Assembly (NCBI RefSeq): GCF_001548275.1
Contig: NZ_AP014945.1
Coordinates: 690,001 to 722,000, forward strand
Length of the DNA: 32,000 nt
Direction of reading: 5' to 3'
Source: Caldimicrobium thiodismutans
Lineage (GTDB): Bacteria; Desulfobacterota; Thermodesulfobacteria; Thermodesulfobacteriales; Thermodesulfobacteriaceae
The position numbers and the translations under genes were made by a program. The notes under the pieces are model-generated. The model did not search any database and was not told the origin of the DNA. It saw only the letters and a list, made by a program, of their open reading frames with translations. Shown here one piece after another: positions 1 to 8,911 of the stretch; positions within the stretch are counted from its first letter, which is position 1, and each line of letters begins with the position of its first letter.

Positions 1-3
1 GCT

Positions 4-558
4 ATGAAGGAGGCTTTAGAGGATCTAAAAAAGAGAATGCAAAAAAGTGTTCAGGCCTTTAAGGAAGAGCTTTCTCATATTCGGACATCCCGAGCCTCTG
101 TGAGTCTCCTTGAAGGAATTAAGGTTGATTGTTATGGTCAGAAGCTTCCTATTCCACAGGTTGCCTCAGTTAATGTCGTGGAAGGCAAAATGCTTGTTAT
201 TCAGCCCTGGGATCTTAACCTTATTAAGGACATTGAAAAGGCCATTCAGAAATCAGATCTCGGGATTAACCCAACCAGCGACGGAAAGACTCTTAAACTT
301 GTGATACCTCCTCTTACAGAGGAAAGAAGAAAAGAGCTTGTCAAAGTGGTGCACAAACTTTCTGAAGAAGCGAAGGTAGCTATTAGAAATCTTCGCAGAG
401 ATATTTTGGATAAGTTTAAGACCGCCAAGAAAAATAAGGAAATCTCAGAGGATGATTACACCAAACTTGAGAAAGAAGTCCAAAAGATTCATGATGAATT
501 TATAAAAACTATTGATAAGCTTTCTCAAGAGAAGGAAAAAGAAATTCTAACCCTTTAG
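4..558 (+). CDS. frr: ribosome recycling factor
   Basis: 184-aa ORF with RRF length and sequence character (HIRTSRASVSLLEGIKVDCYG, NPTSDGKTLKLVIPPLTEERRKELVK). It sits in the conserved frr-uppS-cdsA order, with a 1-nt gap to uppS. Confidence 0.9.
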   Translation: MKEALEDLKKRMQKSVQAFKEELSHIRTSRASVSLLEGIKVDCYGQKLPIPQVASVNVVEGKMLVIQPWDLNLIKDIEKAIQKSDLGINPTSDGKTLKLVIPPLTEERRKELVKVVHKLSEEAKVAIRNLRRDILDKFKTAKKNKEISEDDYTKLEKEVQKIHDEFIKTIDKLSQEKEKEILTL

Positions 559-559
559 A

Positions 560-1306
560 ATGAACCATACTTCCATAGATGATCATCACCTTATTTCACA
601 GGTGTTACCCCGTCATGTAGCTATCATAATGGATGGAAATGGTAGATGGGCTAAACGCAAGGGACTGCCTCGTATTGCAGGCCATAAAAAGGGCGTTGAA
701 GTTGCAAGAAAAATAATTATTAAATCATGTGAGCTTGGGATCCCCTATTTAAGCCTTTTTGCCTTTTCCAAGGAAAACTGGCAACGCCCAAGAGAAGAGG
801 TAGAAACCCTTTTGGCCCTTTTAGTAGAATACTTGAATAAGGAACTTCCCCTTATGATGGAAAAGGAGATTCGCTTTAAAGTCATTGGAGATAAAGAGGA
901 TTTTCCAGAGGTTCTTCGGAAAAAGATTGATGAAGTTGAGAAGCTCACCAGTAATAACAATAAGATGACCCTGGTTTTGGCTTTGAGTTATAGCGGAAGA
1001 GCGGAGATTTTAAGAGCAATAAAAAAAATCCTTGAAAAGCTTAAAGAGAAAGCCCTTAAACCGGAGGAGATTACAGAGGAGTCCCTAAGAAATTTTTTTT
1101 ACTTTCCAGAGCTTCCTGATCCAGACTTACTGATCAGGACCAGTGGAGAATTGAGAATCTCTAATTTTTTTCTCTATCAAATAGCCTACACGGAGTTTTA
1201 TTTTTCTGAAATGCTCTGGCCTGATTTTACAGAAGAAGAATATTTAAAGGCCCTTAAATCCTATCAACAAAGGGAAAGGCGTTTTGGCAGGGTCTATGAA
1301 TTTTAA
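560..1306 (+). CDS. uppS: undecaprenyl diphosphate synthase (cis-prenyltransferase)
   Basis: Signature HVAIIMDGNGRWAKRKGLPR near the N-terminus, LIRTSGELRISNFFLYQIAYTE, and a C-terminal RERRFG. Confidence 0.92.
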   Translation: MNHTSIDDHHLISQVLPRHVAIIMDGNGRWAKRKGLPRIAGHKKGVEVARKIIIKSCELGIPYLSLFAFSKENWQRPREEVETLLALLVEYLNKELPLMMEKEIRFKVIGDKEDFPEVLRKKIDEVEKLTSNNNKMTLVLALSYSGRAEILRAIKKILEKLKEKALKPEEITEESLRNFFYFPELPDPDLLIRTSGELRISNFFLYQIAYTEFYFSEMLWPDFTEEEYLKALKSYQQRERRFGRVYEF

Positions 1307-2105
1307 TTTTTTAAAAAGGTTTCTCTCAGCCCTTATTCTCTCCCCCCTACTTGTTCTTCTTTTACTCAAAGGTAGCCCTTCCCTTATTTTTTCTGTAATT
1401 TTATTCTGTGGGCTGATTGCCTGGTATGAATGGTGTCAGCTCTTTGATTTTTCTCTCTTTTATTTGGTATGGGGCGGGATTATCTTAACGCTCTCTTTCT
1501 CTTTAACCGGGTTTTTTTCTCCATTTTTTCAAATTAGTCTTTTTTTTATTTTTACCTTTTTCCCTTTTTTATTTATCTTTAATAAAGAAAGTTTTACTAA
1601 TCTTTTTTTTCCCTTTTTAATAGGGCTAATTTATTTGTATGTGGGTTTTTTTCCTTTTGAAAATATACTCAGTAAATATCCCAGGGAATTGCTTCTTCTT
1701 TTTTTTCTTATAATCTTTACCAATGATACAGGAGCCTATTTAGCTGGAAAACTCTTTGGGAGACATCCTTTTTTTCCAAAAATTTCTCCCAAAAAAACCT
1801 GGGAGGGTTTTTGGGGAGGTATCCTTTTATCTCTATTATCCGGTCTTATTTTCAATCACTTTTTCTCCCTTTGGTCAATTGAAAGGGTTATTTATCTGGT
1901 TTTAGCTCTCTCCTTGGCAGGGGTTATGGGAGATTTGTTTGAATCTTCTGTAAAAAGAACTGTGGGTAAAAAGGATTCAGGAGCCTTGATCCCGGGGCAT
2001 GGAGGTCTTCTGGATAGAATTGACGGGGTTATCTTTGCATCCCCTGTTTTTCTTTTTTTTCTTGAGGTGTTAGGTTATGGAAATCTCCTTAGATTGGGGC
2101 TATGA
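1296..2105 (+). CDS. cdsA: phosphatidate cytidylyltransferase
   Basis: Polytopic membrane protein with the CDS signature SSVKRTVGKKDSGALIPGHGGLLDRIDG. The ORF track starts at TTG 1284; I prefer the in-frame ATG at 1296 (MNFNFLKR), which still overlaps the uppS stop. Confidence 0.85.
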   Translation: MNFNFLKRFLSALILSPLLVLLLLKGSPSLIFSVILFCGLIAWYEWCQLFDFSLFYLVWGGIILTLSFSLTGFFSPFFQISLFFIFTFFPFLFIFNKESFTNLFFPFLIGLIYLYVGFFPFENILSKYPRELLLLFFLIIFTNDTGAYLAGKLFGRHPFFPKISPKKTWEGFWGGILLSLLSGLIFNHFFSLWSIERVIYLVLALSLAGVMGDLFESSVKRTVGKKDSGALIPGHGGLLDRIDGVIFASPVFLFFLEVLGYGNLLRLGL

Positions 2106-2703
2106 GCTTTTACAAAAAGAGGAGGTTCCCCTTCATATAATTCACCATTCCGAAAAGGTGGCCCTAATTTCTCTTTTTTTAGGATGTAAGCTTAAAGAGA
2201 TTGGAGAGCCCCTTGATTTGGTGAATTTAACTTTGGGGGCCCTTTTACATGATGTAAAAAAATTTTCAAGCCTTAAAACAGGTGAAAATCATGCCTTAGC
2301 AGGTTACAAATTGATGCAATCTTTTGGTCTAAATAGAATAGGAGAGATTATTTATTCTCATATCTTTTTGAAGGCTCCCAAACCAGGTTCTCCTATATCT
2401 GAAGAGGAGATTGTTTTTTACGCCGACAAAAGGGTTAAACACGATAAAATTGTTCTTTTAAAAGAGCGTTTCCAGGACCTTAGGGTTAGATATGGGAGAA
2501 CTTTACGAGCCTTGATAAGAATGTCTCTTCTTGAAGAAATGACAATTCTTTTGGAAAGACGCCTTTTTAAAAATCTGGACCTCAAACCTGAGGATTTGCT
2601 TAAGCTTAATGAAATCAAGGAGGTAAGAGATGTCCTCAAAAAGTGTCTTGAGAGTTGCTCTCCTTGCAGGGGGGACTTCATCGGAAAGGGAGGTTTCTCT
2701 TAA
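2077..2703 (+). CDS. HD-domain phosphohydrolase family protein
   Basis: HHSEKVA ... LLHDVKK ... YADKRV layout typical of small HD/HDIG proteins. The last 74 nt overlap ddl in another frame. Confidence 0.6.
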   Translation: MEISLDWGYELLQKEEVPLHIIHHSEKVALISLFLGCKLKEIGEPLDLVNLTLGALLHDVKKFSSLKTGENHALAGYKLMQSFGLNRIGEIIYSHIFLKAPKPGSPISEEEIVFYADKRVKHDKIVLLKERFQDLRVRYGRTLRALIRMSLLEEMTILLERRLFKNLDLKPEDLLKLNEIKEVRDVLKKCLESCSPCRGDFIGKGGFS

Positions 2704-3562
2704 AGGGGCTAAGGCAGTTCATTCAGCCCTTTTAGAATTAGGCCATAGAGTAGAATTTTTTGATCCAGCTTCAGATTTATTAAATTTGGTCCAGAGGGCT
2801 AAGGATTTTGATGTAGCCTTTTTGGTTATGCACGGGCCAGGTGGGGAAGACGGGACACTTCAGGGATTCTTGGATATGCTTGGTCTTCCCTATCAAGGAG
2901 CAGGAGTTCTGGGAAGTGCTCTGGCTATGCATAAAGGGCTTTCTAAAATTCTTTATGAAAGGGTAGGTCTCCCTGTTCCTAAGGGCAAGCTTTTTAAAAA
3001 GGGAATCTCTTTAGCATTAATGCGTGACTATGCTCATTCCTTAGGGTTTCCTCTCATAGTTAAACCAGCAACACAAGGCTCAAGTGTGGGGCTATCTTTA
3101 GTTGAGAATGAGTATGCCTTGGACGAGGCAGTTGAAAAGGCCTTTGAGGTTGACAAAGAGATTCTACTTGAAGAGCATCTAAAAGGTAGAGAGCTTACAG
3201 TGGGAATTCTTGGTGAAGAACCCCTTCCTGTGGTAGAGATTCAGCATAAGGCCAAGTTTTTTAATTATGAGACAAAATATACCCCGGGGCTTGCTGAGGA
3301 AATCTGTCCTGCCCCAATATCAAAGGAACTTACCTTAACAGCCCAGGAATATGCACTGCGTGCCCACAGAGCTTTATACCTCAGACATTACAGCAGGACA
3401 GATATGATCCTGGTTGAGGATAAAATCTTTGTCCTTGAAACCAATACCATTCCTGGCATGACAGAAACAAGCTTGCTCCCTCTCTCTGCTAAGGTTGCTG
3501 GCTTGAGTTTTAAAGATTTGATAGAAAAATTATTAAGACTTGCCCTTGAGAGTAGTTCTTAA
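2630..3562 (+). CDS. ddl: D-alanine--D-alanine ligase
   Basis: N-terminus RVALLAGGTSSEREVSLKGAKAV, an ATP-grasp core (PLIVKPATQGSSVGLS, ELTVGILG) and C-terminal ETNTIPGMTETSLLP. An SD (aaggagg) lies upstream of ATG 2630. Confidence 0.9.
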   Translation: MSSKSVLRVALLAGGTSSEREVSLKGAKAVHSALLELGHRVEFFDPASDLLNLVQRAKDFDVAFLVMHGPGGEDGTLQGFLDMLGLPYQGAGVLGSALAMHKGLSKILYERVGLPVPKGKLFKKGISLALMRDYAHSLGFPLIVKPATQGSSVGLSLVENEYALDEAVEKAFEVDKEILLEEHLKGRELTVGILGEEPLPVVEIQHKAKFFNYETKYTPGLAEEICPAPISKELTLTAQEYALRAHRALYLRHYSRTDMILVEDKIFVLETNTIPGMTETSLLPLSAKVAGLSFKDLIEKLLRLALESSS

Positions 3563-3568
3563 AAACTT

Positions 3569-3961
3569 TCAAGCTTGATAATAGCCTTGACGAATTTTCT
3601 CTGCCTCAATCCCGATATAAAGGGCAGATTCTTTATATAAATTTTTCAAGGCGCCTTCAGGAAGACTTTCAGCAACCTTTTCCATCTCAAAGGCCTGAGC
3701 AAGTAAAAAATCTCCAACTGTAGCTGAAGTAGCAGAATTGAGAGGAATCTTGGCGATCCTATCCAGAAGATCTAATGAAAAATCAAGCTTTTCAGATAAA
3801 AACTTGATCTTTTCCTTTTCAGTTTCCTTAATAAGATCTGAAGTTTCAAGCTCAAGAAGGGCACTTTTCAAGTAATCTTCAAAGACTCTATTGCCTTGCT
3901 TGGAAATTGCATCAGGCGTGATAAAATTAATATCTGTAAATATTTTGGAATCTATTTTCAT
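3569..3961 (-). CDS. hypothetical protein (130 aa, helical, no recognisable family)
   Basis: Clean ORF with a strong SD (aaggagg, 7-nt spacer) supplied by the palindrome at 3962-3974. I recognise no motif. Confidence 0.5.
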   Translation of the reverse strand: MKIDSKIFTDINFITPDAISKQGNRVFEDYLKSALLELETSDLIKETEKEKIKFLSEKLDFSLDLLDRIAKIPLNSATSATVGDFLLAQAFEMEKVAESLPEGALKNLYKESALYIGIEAEKIRQGYYQA

Positions 3962-3974
3962 AGGAGGTCCTCCT
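3962..3974. promoter_or_regulatory. palindromic double Shine-Dalgarno shared by two divergent genes
   Basis: AGGAGGTCCTCCT lies between CAT (3959-3961) and ATG (3976). It reads AGGAGG on both strands at 7-8 nt from each start codon. Confidence 0.6.
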
Positions 3975-3975
3975 T

Positions 3976-4593
3976 ATGAAGTATTTTAATCATTTTATCG
4001 GAAAAAGTAAAGGCTTTTTTAAGTCCATAAGAATGTTCATGATATTTTTTCTGGTATTATCTCTTTATGGTTGTGGATGGGTTTTGGTTGGAGGGGGTGC
4101 CTATGAAGGTTATAAGATGGGCACTGATCCCCGCACTGTGGGGAATCAGATTGATGATGCGGTGATAACTACAAAGGTTAAGGCAAAATTAATTGAGGAT
4201 CCCCTTACCAAAGCCCGAAAAATTGATGTGGACACAGTAAATGGTATAGTTACTTTAACTGGAATTGTAGATTCAGAGGCTGAAATCACAAGGGCTATTG
4301 AGATTGCCTCCTCTGTCTCAGGTGTTAAAAAGGTGGTTAATAATTTAAGAGTTGGAAAAAGGTCCGTTGGGAGCTATATCTCAGATAAGGAGATTACAAC
4401 CAAAATCAAGCTCAAATTTATAGGTGATCCAGAAATTAAGGCCCTTTCCATTGATGTGGATACCTTAAATGGAGTAGTTACTCTTACTGGCATTGTGAAT
4501 AATGAAAGGCAAAAACAAAGAGCTATTGAGCTTGCAAAAAGTGTAGAAGGTGTAAAACAGGTTGTAGTAAATATTCAAGTTAAAGGAAAATAG
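3976..4593 (+). CDS. BON-domain lipoprotein (OsmY-like, two BON repeats)
   Basis: Lipobox LSLYGC. Two BON repeats: KIDVDTVNGIVTLTGIVDSEAEITRAIEIASSVSGVKKVVNNL and SIDVDTLNGVVTLTGIVNNERQKQRAIELAKSVEGVKQVV. Confidence 0.8.
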   Translation: MKYFNHFIGKSKGFFKSIRMFMIFFLVLSLYGCGWVLVGGGAYEGYKMGTDPRTVGNQIDDAVITTKVKAKLIEDPLTKARKIDVDTVNGIVTLTGIVDSEAEITRAIEIASSVSGVKKVVNNLRVGKRSVGSYISDKEITTKIKLKFIGDPEIKALSIDVDTLNGVVTLTGIVNNERQKQRAIELAKSVEGVKQVVVNIQVKGK

Positions 4594-5495
4594 TTTTTAC
4601 CCTGATAAAGGGCCTTTTCCCTTAAAGTTTCATTAATTTTTTGTAAGACTTTATTTTTTTCAAGAAGCCAGAGAGGGGCAAGAACTCCATTTTTAGGGGG
4701 ATCTGAGGTCAAACGATGGATTACTGTTGTGGAGGGTAGAAAGCTTATTGCCTCACCCACAAGCTCTGCATAATCTTCAAGAGAAAGTTCCTTTACATGA
4801 CCTTCTTTATATAGCTTAGCAAGAGGTGTCCCCTCCAAGATATAAAGGGCGTGAAACTTTACTCCATCAACTCTTAAGCTTGCTAAGATTTTAGCTGTTT
4901 CAAGCATCATCTCCTTAGTCTCACCAGGCAATCCGAAAATAATATGGACAACCACAGGAAGATCTGCTGATTTAAGCTGCTGGTAAGCATATAAAAAGTC
5001 TTCAAAACTATGGCCACGATTTATAGCTTTTAAAGTTGTATCGTGTTTACTTTGTAACCCAAGCTCAATCCAGATAAAAAAACCCAGGTTTTGAAAATCT
5101 TTTAGGATCCCAATTACCTCTTTATTTATGCAATCTGGCCTTGTCCCAATGGCAAGACCAACTATCTCAGGGTAATTTAAAATTGTCCCATAGGTTCTTC
5201 TTAAATAATCAGGTTCACCATAGGTATTGGAAAAGGATTGAAAATAGGCTATAAATTTTTTGTATCCCCTTTTTGTCCAATGTGCCAGAAAGAATTCTAT
5301 CTGTTCTTTGAGGGACATTGCAGGGTATAAACCTGTTCCAGAGCCCTTGGCATCGCAATATATGCACCCTCCTTGCCCTTTGTTGCCATCTCTATTTGGA
5401 CAAGTAAACCCAGCATCCAAAGGCAGTTTCTTTACCTTTTCTCCAAATTTTTCCCTTAGAAATTGATTTAAACTATAATATTTTATCTCCTGCAT
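4575..5495 (-). CDS. radical SAM protein, TIGR01212 (YhcC-like) family
   Basis: N-terminal cluster motif CPNRDGNKGQGGCIYCD, and the overall ~300-aa layout of this family. Its 3-prime end overlaps the convergent BON gene by 19 nt. Confidence 0.8.
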   Translation of the reverse strand: MQEIKYYSLNQFLREKFGEKVKKLPLDAGFTCPNRDGNKGQGGCIYCDAKGSGTGLYPAMSLKEQIEFFLAHWTKRGYKKFIAYFQSFSNTYGEPDYLRRTYGTILNYPEIVGLAIGTRPDCINKEVIGILKDFQNLGFFIWIELGLQSKHDTTLKAINRGHSFEDFLYAYQQLKSADLPVVVHIIFGLPGETKEMMLETAKILASLRVDGVKFHALYILEGTPLAKLYKEGHVKELSLEDYAELVGEAISFLPSTTVIHRLTSDPPKNGVLAPLWLLEKNKVLQKINETLREKALYQGKNYFPLT

Positions 5496-5534
5496 ACCTT
5501 TTAAATATAAGTCCTATTCTTTATTCTAACAAGC

Positions 5535-5700
5535 CAGTGTATGCGTCCAGGTCTTTTGAGACTTTAATAGTAGGGGTTTAAAATTTTATACCCCTTGAAT
5601 TTTTTGTGGGTCTGTTGTAGCACAGACATTCTTGTCTGTGTTTCTTTCATACATTGGAGTGTAATTTACCTCCACAGGCAAGATTGCCTGTATTACTTTC
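5535..5700 (-). repeat. REP/REPIN-like mosaic element, copy A (inverted copy of 21929-22090)
   Basis: The reverse complement of 5538-5697 aligns by hand to 21929-22090 with about 6 mismatches and a 1-nt A-run indel. It contains the GTAG-flanked hairpins GTAG-GGGTTTAAAATTTTATACCCC and GTAG-CACAGACATTCTTGTCTGTG, plus ACAGGCAAGATTGCCTGT-ATTAC. Confidence 0.85.
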
Positions 5701-5817
5701 ATAGACATGTAAAGCCTCCCTTGTTTAGATATCTGATTCCTCTTTTACCACCCTTCCTTTTTTCTTGTAAGGATCTGAACTTATGCAAAAAGGGCAACCT
5801 GCCTGTGCAAGGGGGGT

Positions 5818-7029
5818 TTATAATCCTTTGAGTAGAGTAGCTGGGTCTATTTGACTGGCCTTATAGGCTGGATAAACCCCGGAGAGTAAGCCAAAAATTA
5901 GAGTGAGCAATGTAGATATTAATATTGGTTTAAGAGGCATAACTAAGGGATATTTCAAAAGGGGAAGGAAAATAAGGGATAAAACTAAACCGATGAAAAG
6001 ACCTATAAAACCACCTGAAAGGCTTATAAAGACACTTTCAAGGAGAAACTGCAAAAGAATTCCCTTTTTTGAGGCTCCAATAGCAAGCCTGAGACCAATT
6101 TCTTTCCTTCTTTCATTTACTGTTAAAAGCATAATAGCTGTTACCCCAAGGCTTCCTACAAGAAGGCAGAGAAGGGAAATACTCTGCACAAGAGAGGTAA
6201 AGAGTGCAGAAGCCTCGGTTCTAAATTTAAGAATATCTTCAGCCTTAACTATATTAAAATCTTTGTTCTTAGGTAAAACTCTATGTCTTTTTATTAGGAG
6301 CGTTTCAATTTGTTTTTCAATCAAAGGCACCTGCTTTTCTGAGGAAACAGAGATATATATACCTGTTAAATAATCCACATTAAAGAGAGAGGACATGGCG
6401 GTAGTAACGGGGACAAGGATTTGGTCATCTTGATCCTGATTGCTGGCATCAATCCCAATTGGCTCAAGGACCCCTATAACCCTGAAGGGAAGCTTATTAA
6501 TTAGAATAACTTTGTTTTCAGCAGAATCTATTCCAAAAAGCTCTCTCTTGATTTTATTTCCCAGTATAGCTACCTTTTTATATCCTGATACCTCAGTCTT
6601 TAAAAAATTTCTTCCTTCAGAAAGGTTAAATTTTCTTATTTTTAAATATTCTTCATTTACACCATTTATAACCGTAGTTAAATTTTTTTCCTGAAAGCGA
6701 ATCAGGGCAGAACTCGTTGAGACTGGAGAGACCAATCTAACTTCAGAAAGTCTTCTAAGTGCCTCAGCATCATCAGGTTTAAGGGTAACAGTCTGTTCTG
6801 TCTGAATGGCTCTCCCTGCTGTAACTCTCACTTGTCCCGGGATAACCATAAGGATCTCAGGTCCAAAGGTTTCAATTTCCCTAAGGGTCTTAATCTTAGC
6901 TGCCTCACCAAAGGTATTCATCAGGAAAAGAGCTGAAACCCCTATAATGATTCCAAGAACCGATAGAAAAAGCCTTAGCTTCTTATGAAAAATCCCCCCA
7001 AAAATCAATCTCAGTTTTAGGTTATTCAT
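5818..7029 (-). CDS. ABC transporter permease, MacB/FtsX type
   Basis: N-terminal TM helix, a ~230-aa periplasmic domain and a C-terminal FtsX-type TM bundle (ERRKEIGLRLAIGASKKGIL). Paralogous to the upstream gene, and both end in IDPA.LLKGL. Confidence 0.85.
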   Translation of the reverse strand: MNNLKLRLIFGGIFHKKLRLFLSVLGIIIGVSALFLMNTFGEAAKIKTLREIETFGPEILMVIPGQVRVTAGRAIQTEQTVTLKPDDAEALRRLSEVRLVSPVSTSSALIRFQEKNLTTVINGVNEEYLKIRKFNLSEGRNFLKTEVSGYKKVAILGNKIKRELFGIDSAENKVILINKLPFRVIGVLEPIGIDASNQDQDDQILVPVTTAMSSLFNVDYLTGIYISVSSEKQVPLIEKQIETLLIKRHRVLPKNKDFNIVKAEDILKFRTEASALFTSLVQSISLLCLLVGSLGVTAIMLLTVNERRKEIGLRLAIGASKKGILLQFLLESVFISLSGGFIGLFIGLVLSLIFLPLLKYPLVMPLKPILISTLLTLIFGLLSGVYPAYKASQIDPATLLKGL

Positions 7030-8231
7030 AGGCCCTTTAATAGAATAGCAGGATCAATTTTAGAGGCCCTTATAGCTGGAAAAAGACTGAAGATAACACA
7101 GGTAAGAGCAGAAAAACCAAGACTTAGTAGAAATGTTCCCCAGGAAAAAAGAGGTTTAAGTGGAGTTATCATGGCAAGGCCCTTCATAATAAGAAGGCTG
7201 AGTATCCAACCAATGCATCCACTAATGAGAGCAATTAATATCGCAGTATATAAGTAGTGGTTAATTATTTGTCTGGGTGTAGCTCCTATGGCTATTCTTA
7301 AGGCAATAATACCAGCTTTTTCCTCAACACTTGCTGTCATAAGATTCATAATAATTACACCGCTTATAACTAAACTTATAAGAGCAATGGATAAAAGAAA
7401 AAAACTTAGTGTTTTTGAAGTTGCGGTAAACCTGGCAACTGCCATATCAGGTGTGATAATTCTAAAGTCATCCGGGGTTATACCATAAAGTTTATGCCTA
7501 AACCTAAGGAGATTTCTTATCTCTTCCACAGCGGTTTTTAAATCTGTGCCCTCAAAGAAAAGAACTTTCACTCCCCGAATAAAATCTTGATTAAAGATAC
7601 GCCTCTGAGCAGTCTGAAGGGGGACATAAATTCTTTCATCCAAGGGATAATGGCCAAGAGAAGCTTTTTTTTCAAGCACTCCGATAATGGTATAGTATTG
7701 ATCTTGAATTTTTATCTTTTCTCCCAAAGGGTTTTTCATTCCTAATTTTTTAATTAGATCAAACCCAAGCACTGCCACCTTTTCCAGATGCTCAGCCTCA
7801 GCCTCGGTGAAAAATCTTCCCCTCTCAACTTTCCAGTTGTTAGCCTCCAGATAGATAGGCAAAACCCCCTCTACTCTTAATTTTTCCGCCCTCCCTTTAT
7901 AGGCTACTTCAATAACCCCTCCTGTAAAAGGAGAGGCCATTTTTACCTGAGAAAGCCTTTCCAGGGCTGATACATCCTCCAATTTTAAGGTATCTGAACG
8001 GGAGATAGATAGACCCATGACTCTTGATCCACCCGCTAATACAAGAAGAGCGTCTTTACCAAAATTCAGATTAGCCAAAGTATCCAGAACCTGTTTTTCA
8101 GCAGACTTTCCCAGGGCATAAATGGTATTAAGGGCAGTCAGGCTAAAGGTCAAAGCAAGGATCATAAAGAAAAGATTAATTTTATTAGAAAAGAGTTCCT
8201 TAAGAATTTCCCTTAAAAGGAATCTATTCAT
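7026..8231 (-). CDS. ABC transporter permease, MacB/FtsX type
   Basis: Same architecture as 5818-7029 (EEKAGIIALRIAIGATPRQII). It has 4-nt overlaps with both neighbours. Confidence 0.85.
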   Translation of the reverse strand: MNRFLLREILKELFSNKINLFFMILALTFSLTALNTIYALGKSAEKQVLDTLANLNFGKDALLVLAGGSRVMGLSISRSDTLKLEDVSALERLSQVKMASPFTGGVIEVAYKGRAEKLRVEGVLPIYLEANNWKVERGRFFTEAEAEHLEKVAVLGFDLIKKLGMKNPLGEKIKIQDQYYTIIGVLEKKASLGHYPLDERIYVPLQTAQRRIFNQDFIRGVKVLFFEGTDLKTAVEEIRNLLRFRHKLYGITPDDFRIITPDMAVARFTATSKTLSFFLLSIALISLVISGVIIMNLMTASVEEKAGIIALRIAIGATPRQIINHYLYTAILIALISGCIGWILSLLIMKGLAMITPLKPLFSWGTFLLSLGFSALTCVIFSLFPAIRASKIDPAILLKGL

Positions 8232-8905
8232 GAATCAATGAAAATTCCATCACGGAGGATTTTCTTTTTTTTAGCCCTGCTGGCAATATCCAGTTCATGG
8301 GTCACCATGATAATAGTGAGCCCCTCTTTATTCAATTCCTCTAAAATATCCATTACCTCTTTACTGCTTTCTGAATCAAGATTTCCTGTTGGTTCATCTG
8401 CAAGGAGGAGAACAGGTTGATTAATAAGGGCACGGGCAATGGCCACTCTTTGCTGTTGTCCTCCTGAAAGCTCAGCTGGTTTAAGATTAATTTTATTCTT
8501 AAGCCCCAGCCTCTCAAGTAATTTTTCAGCTTTTTTAACATCTTCATCTGTAAGTTTTCCCCGGTAAAGAACAGGTAAAAGCACATTTTCAAGGGCTGAA
8601 GCCCATGGAACCAGATGAAAGGCCTGAAAAATGAAACCTATCTTAAGATTTCTGAATTTGGAAAGCTCTTCTGCATTAAGGGTTGTGACATCTCTATCTT
8701 CAAAGATATAACTTCCAGAGGTGGGTTTATCGAGAAGGCCAAGGATATTTAAAAGGGTTGATTTTCCTCCCCCTGAAGGTCCCATTATAGCTAAAAAATC
8801 ACCCCTTTGCACCTCAAGATTAATACCCTTTAAGACCTCATAAGTGATTTTGCTAATTTGGTAGGTTTTGCGAATATCTCTTAACTTAATAAGTGGGCTT
8901 TCCAC
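8228..8905 (-). CDS. ABC transporter ATP-binding protein (MacB/LolD-like)
   Basis: Walker A GPSGGGKST, signature LSGGQQQRVAIARAL, Walker B LLLADEPTGNLD, and H-loop VTHE. Confidence 0.92.
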   Translation of the reverse strand: MESPLIKLRDIRKTYQISKITYEVLKGINLEVQRGDFLAIMGPSGGGKSTLLNILGLLDKPTSGSYIFEDRDVTTLNAEELSKFRNLKIGFIFQAFHLVPWASALENVLLPVLYRGKLTDEDVKKAEKLLERLGLKNKINLKPAELSGGQQQRVAIARALINQPVLLLADEPTGNLDSESSKEVMDILEELNKEGLTIIMVTHELDIASRAKKKKILRDGIFIDS

Positions 8906-8911
8906 AACTCT

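Noticed and set aside
5595-5831. 78-aa plus-strand ORF in the intergenic region
   Set aside because: It lies entirely within the REP-like element, whose inverted copy at 21929-22090 is non-coding. The composition is Cys/Phe-rich and implausible, and there is no SD.
8353-8592. Nested alternate-frame ORFs inside well-supported genes (for example 8353-8592, 110-304, 745-960, 5903-6373, 27813-28047)
   Set aside because: All lie within genes that have strong family signatures in another frame. They show biased, implausible composition and no SD.
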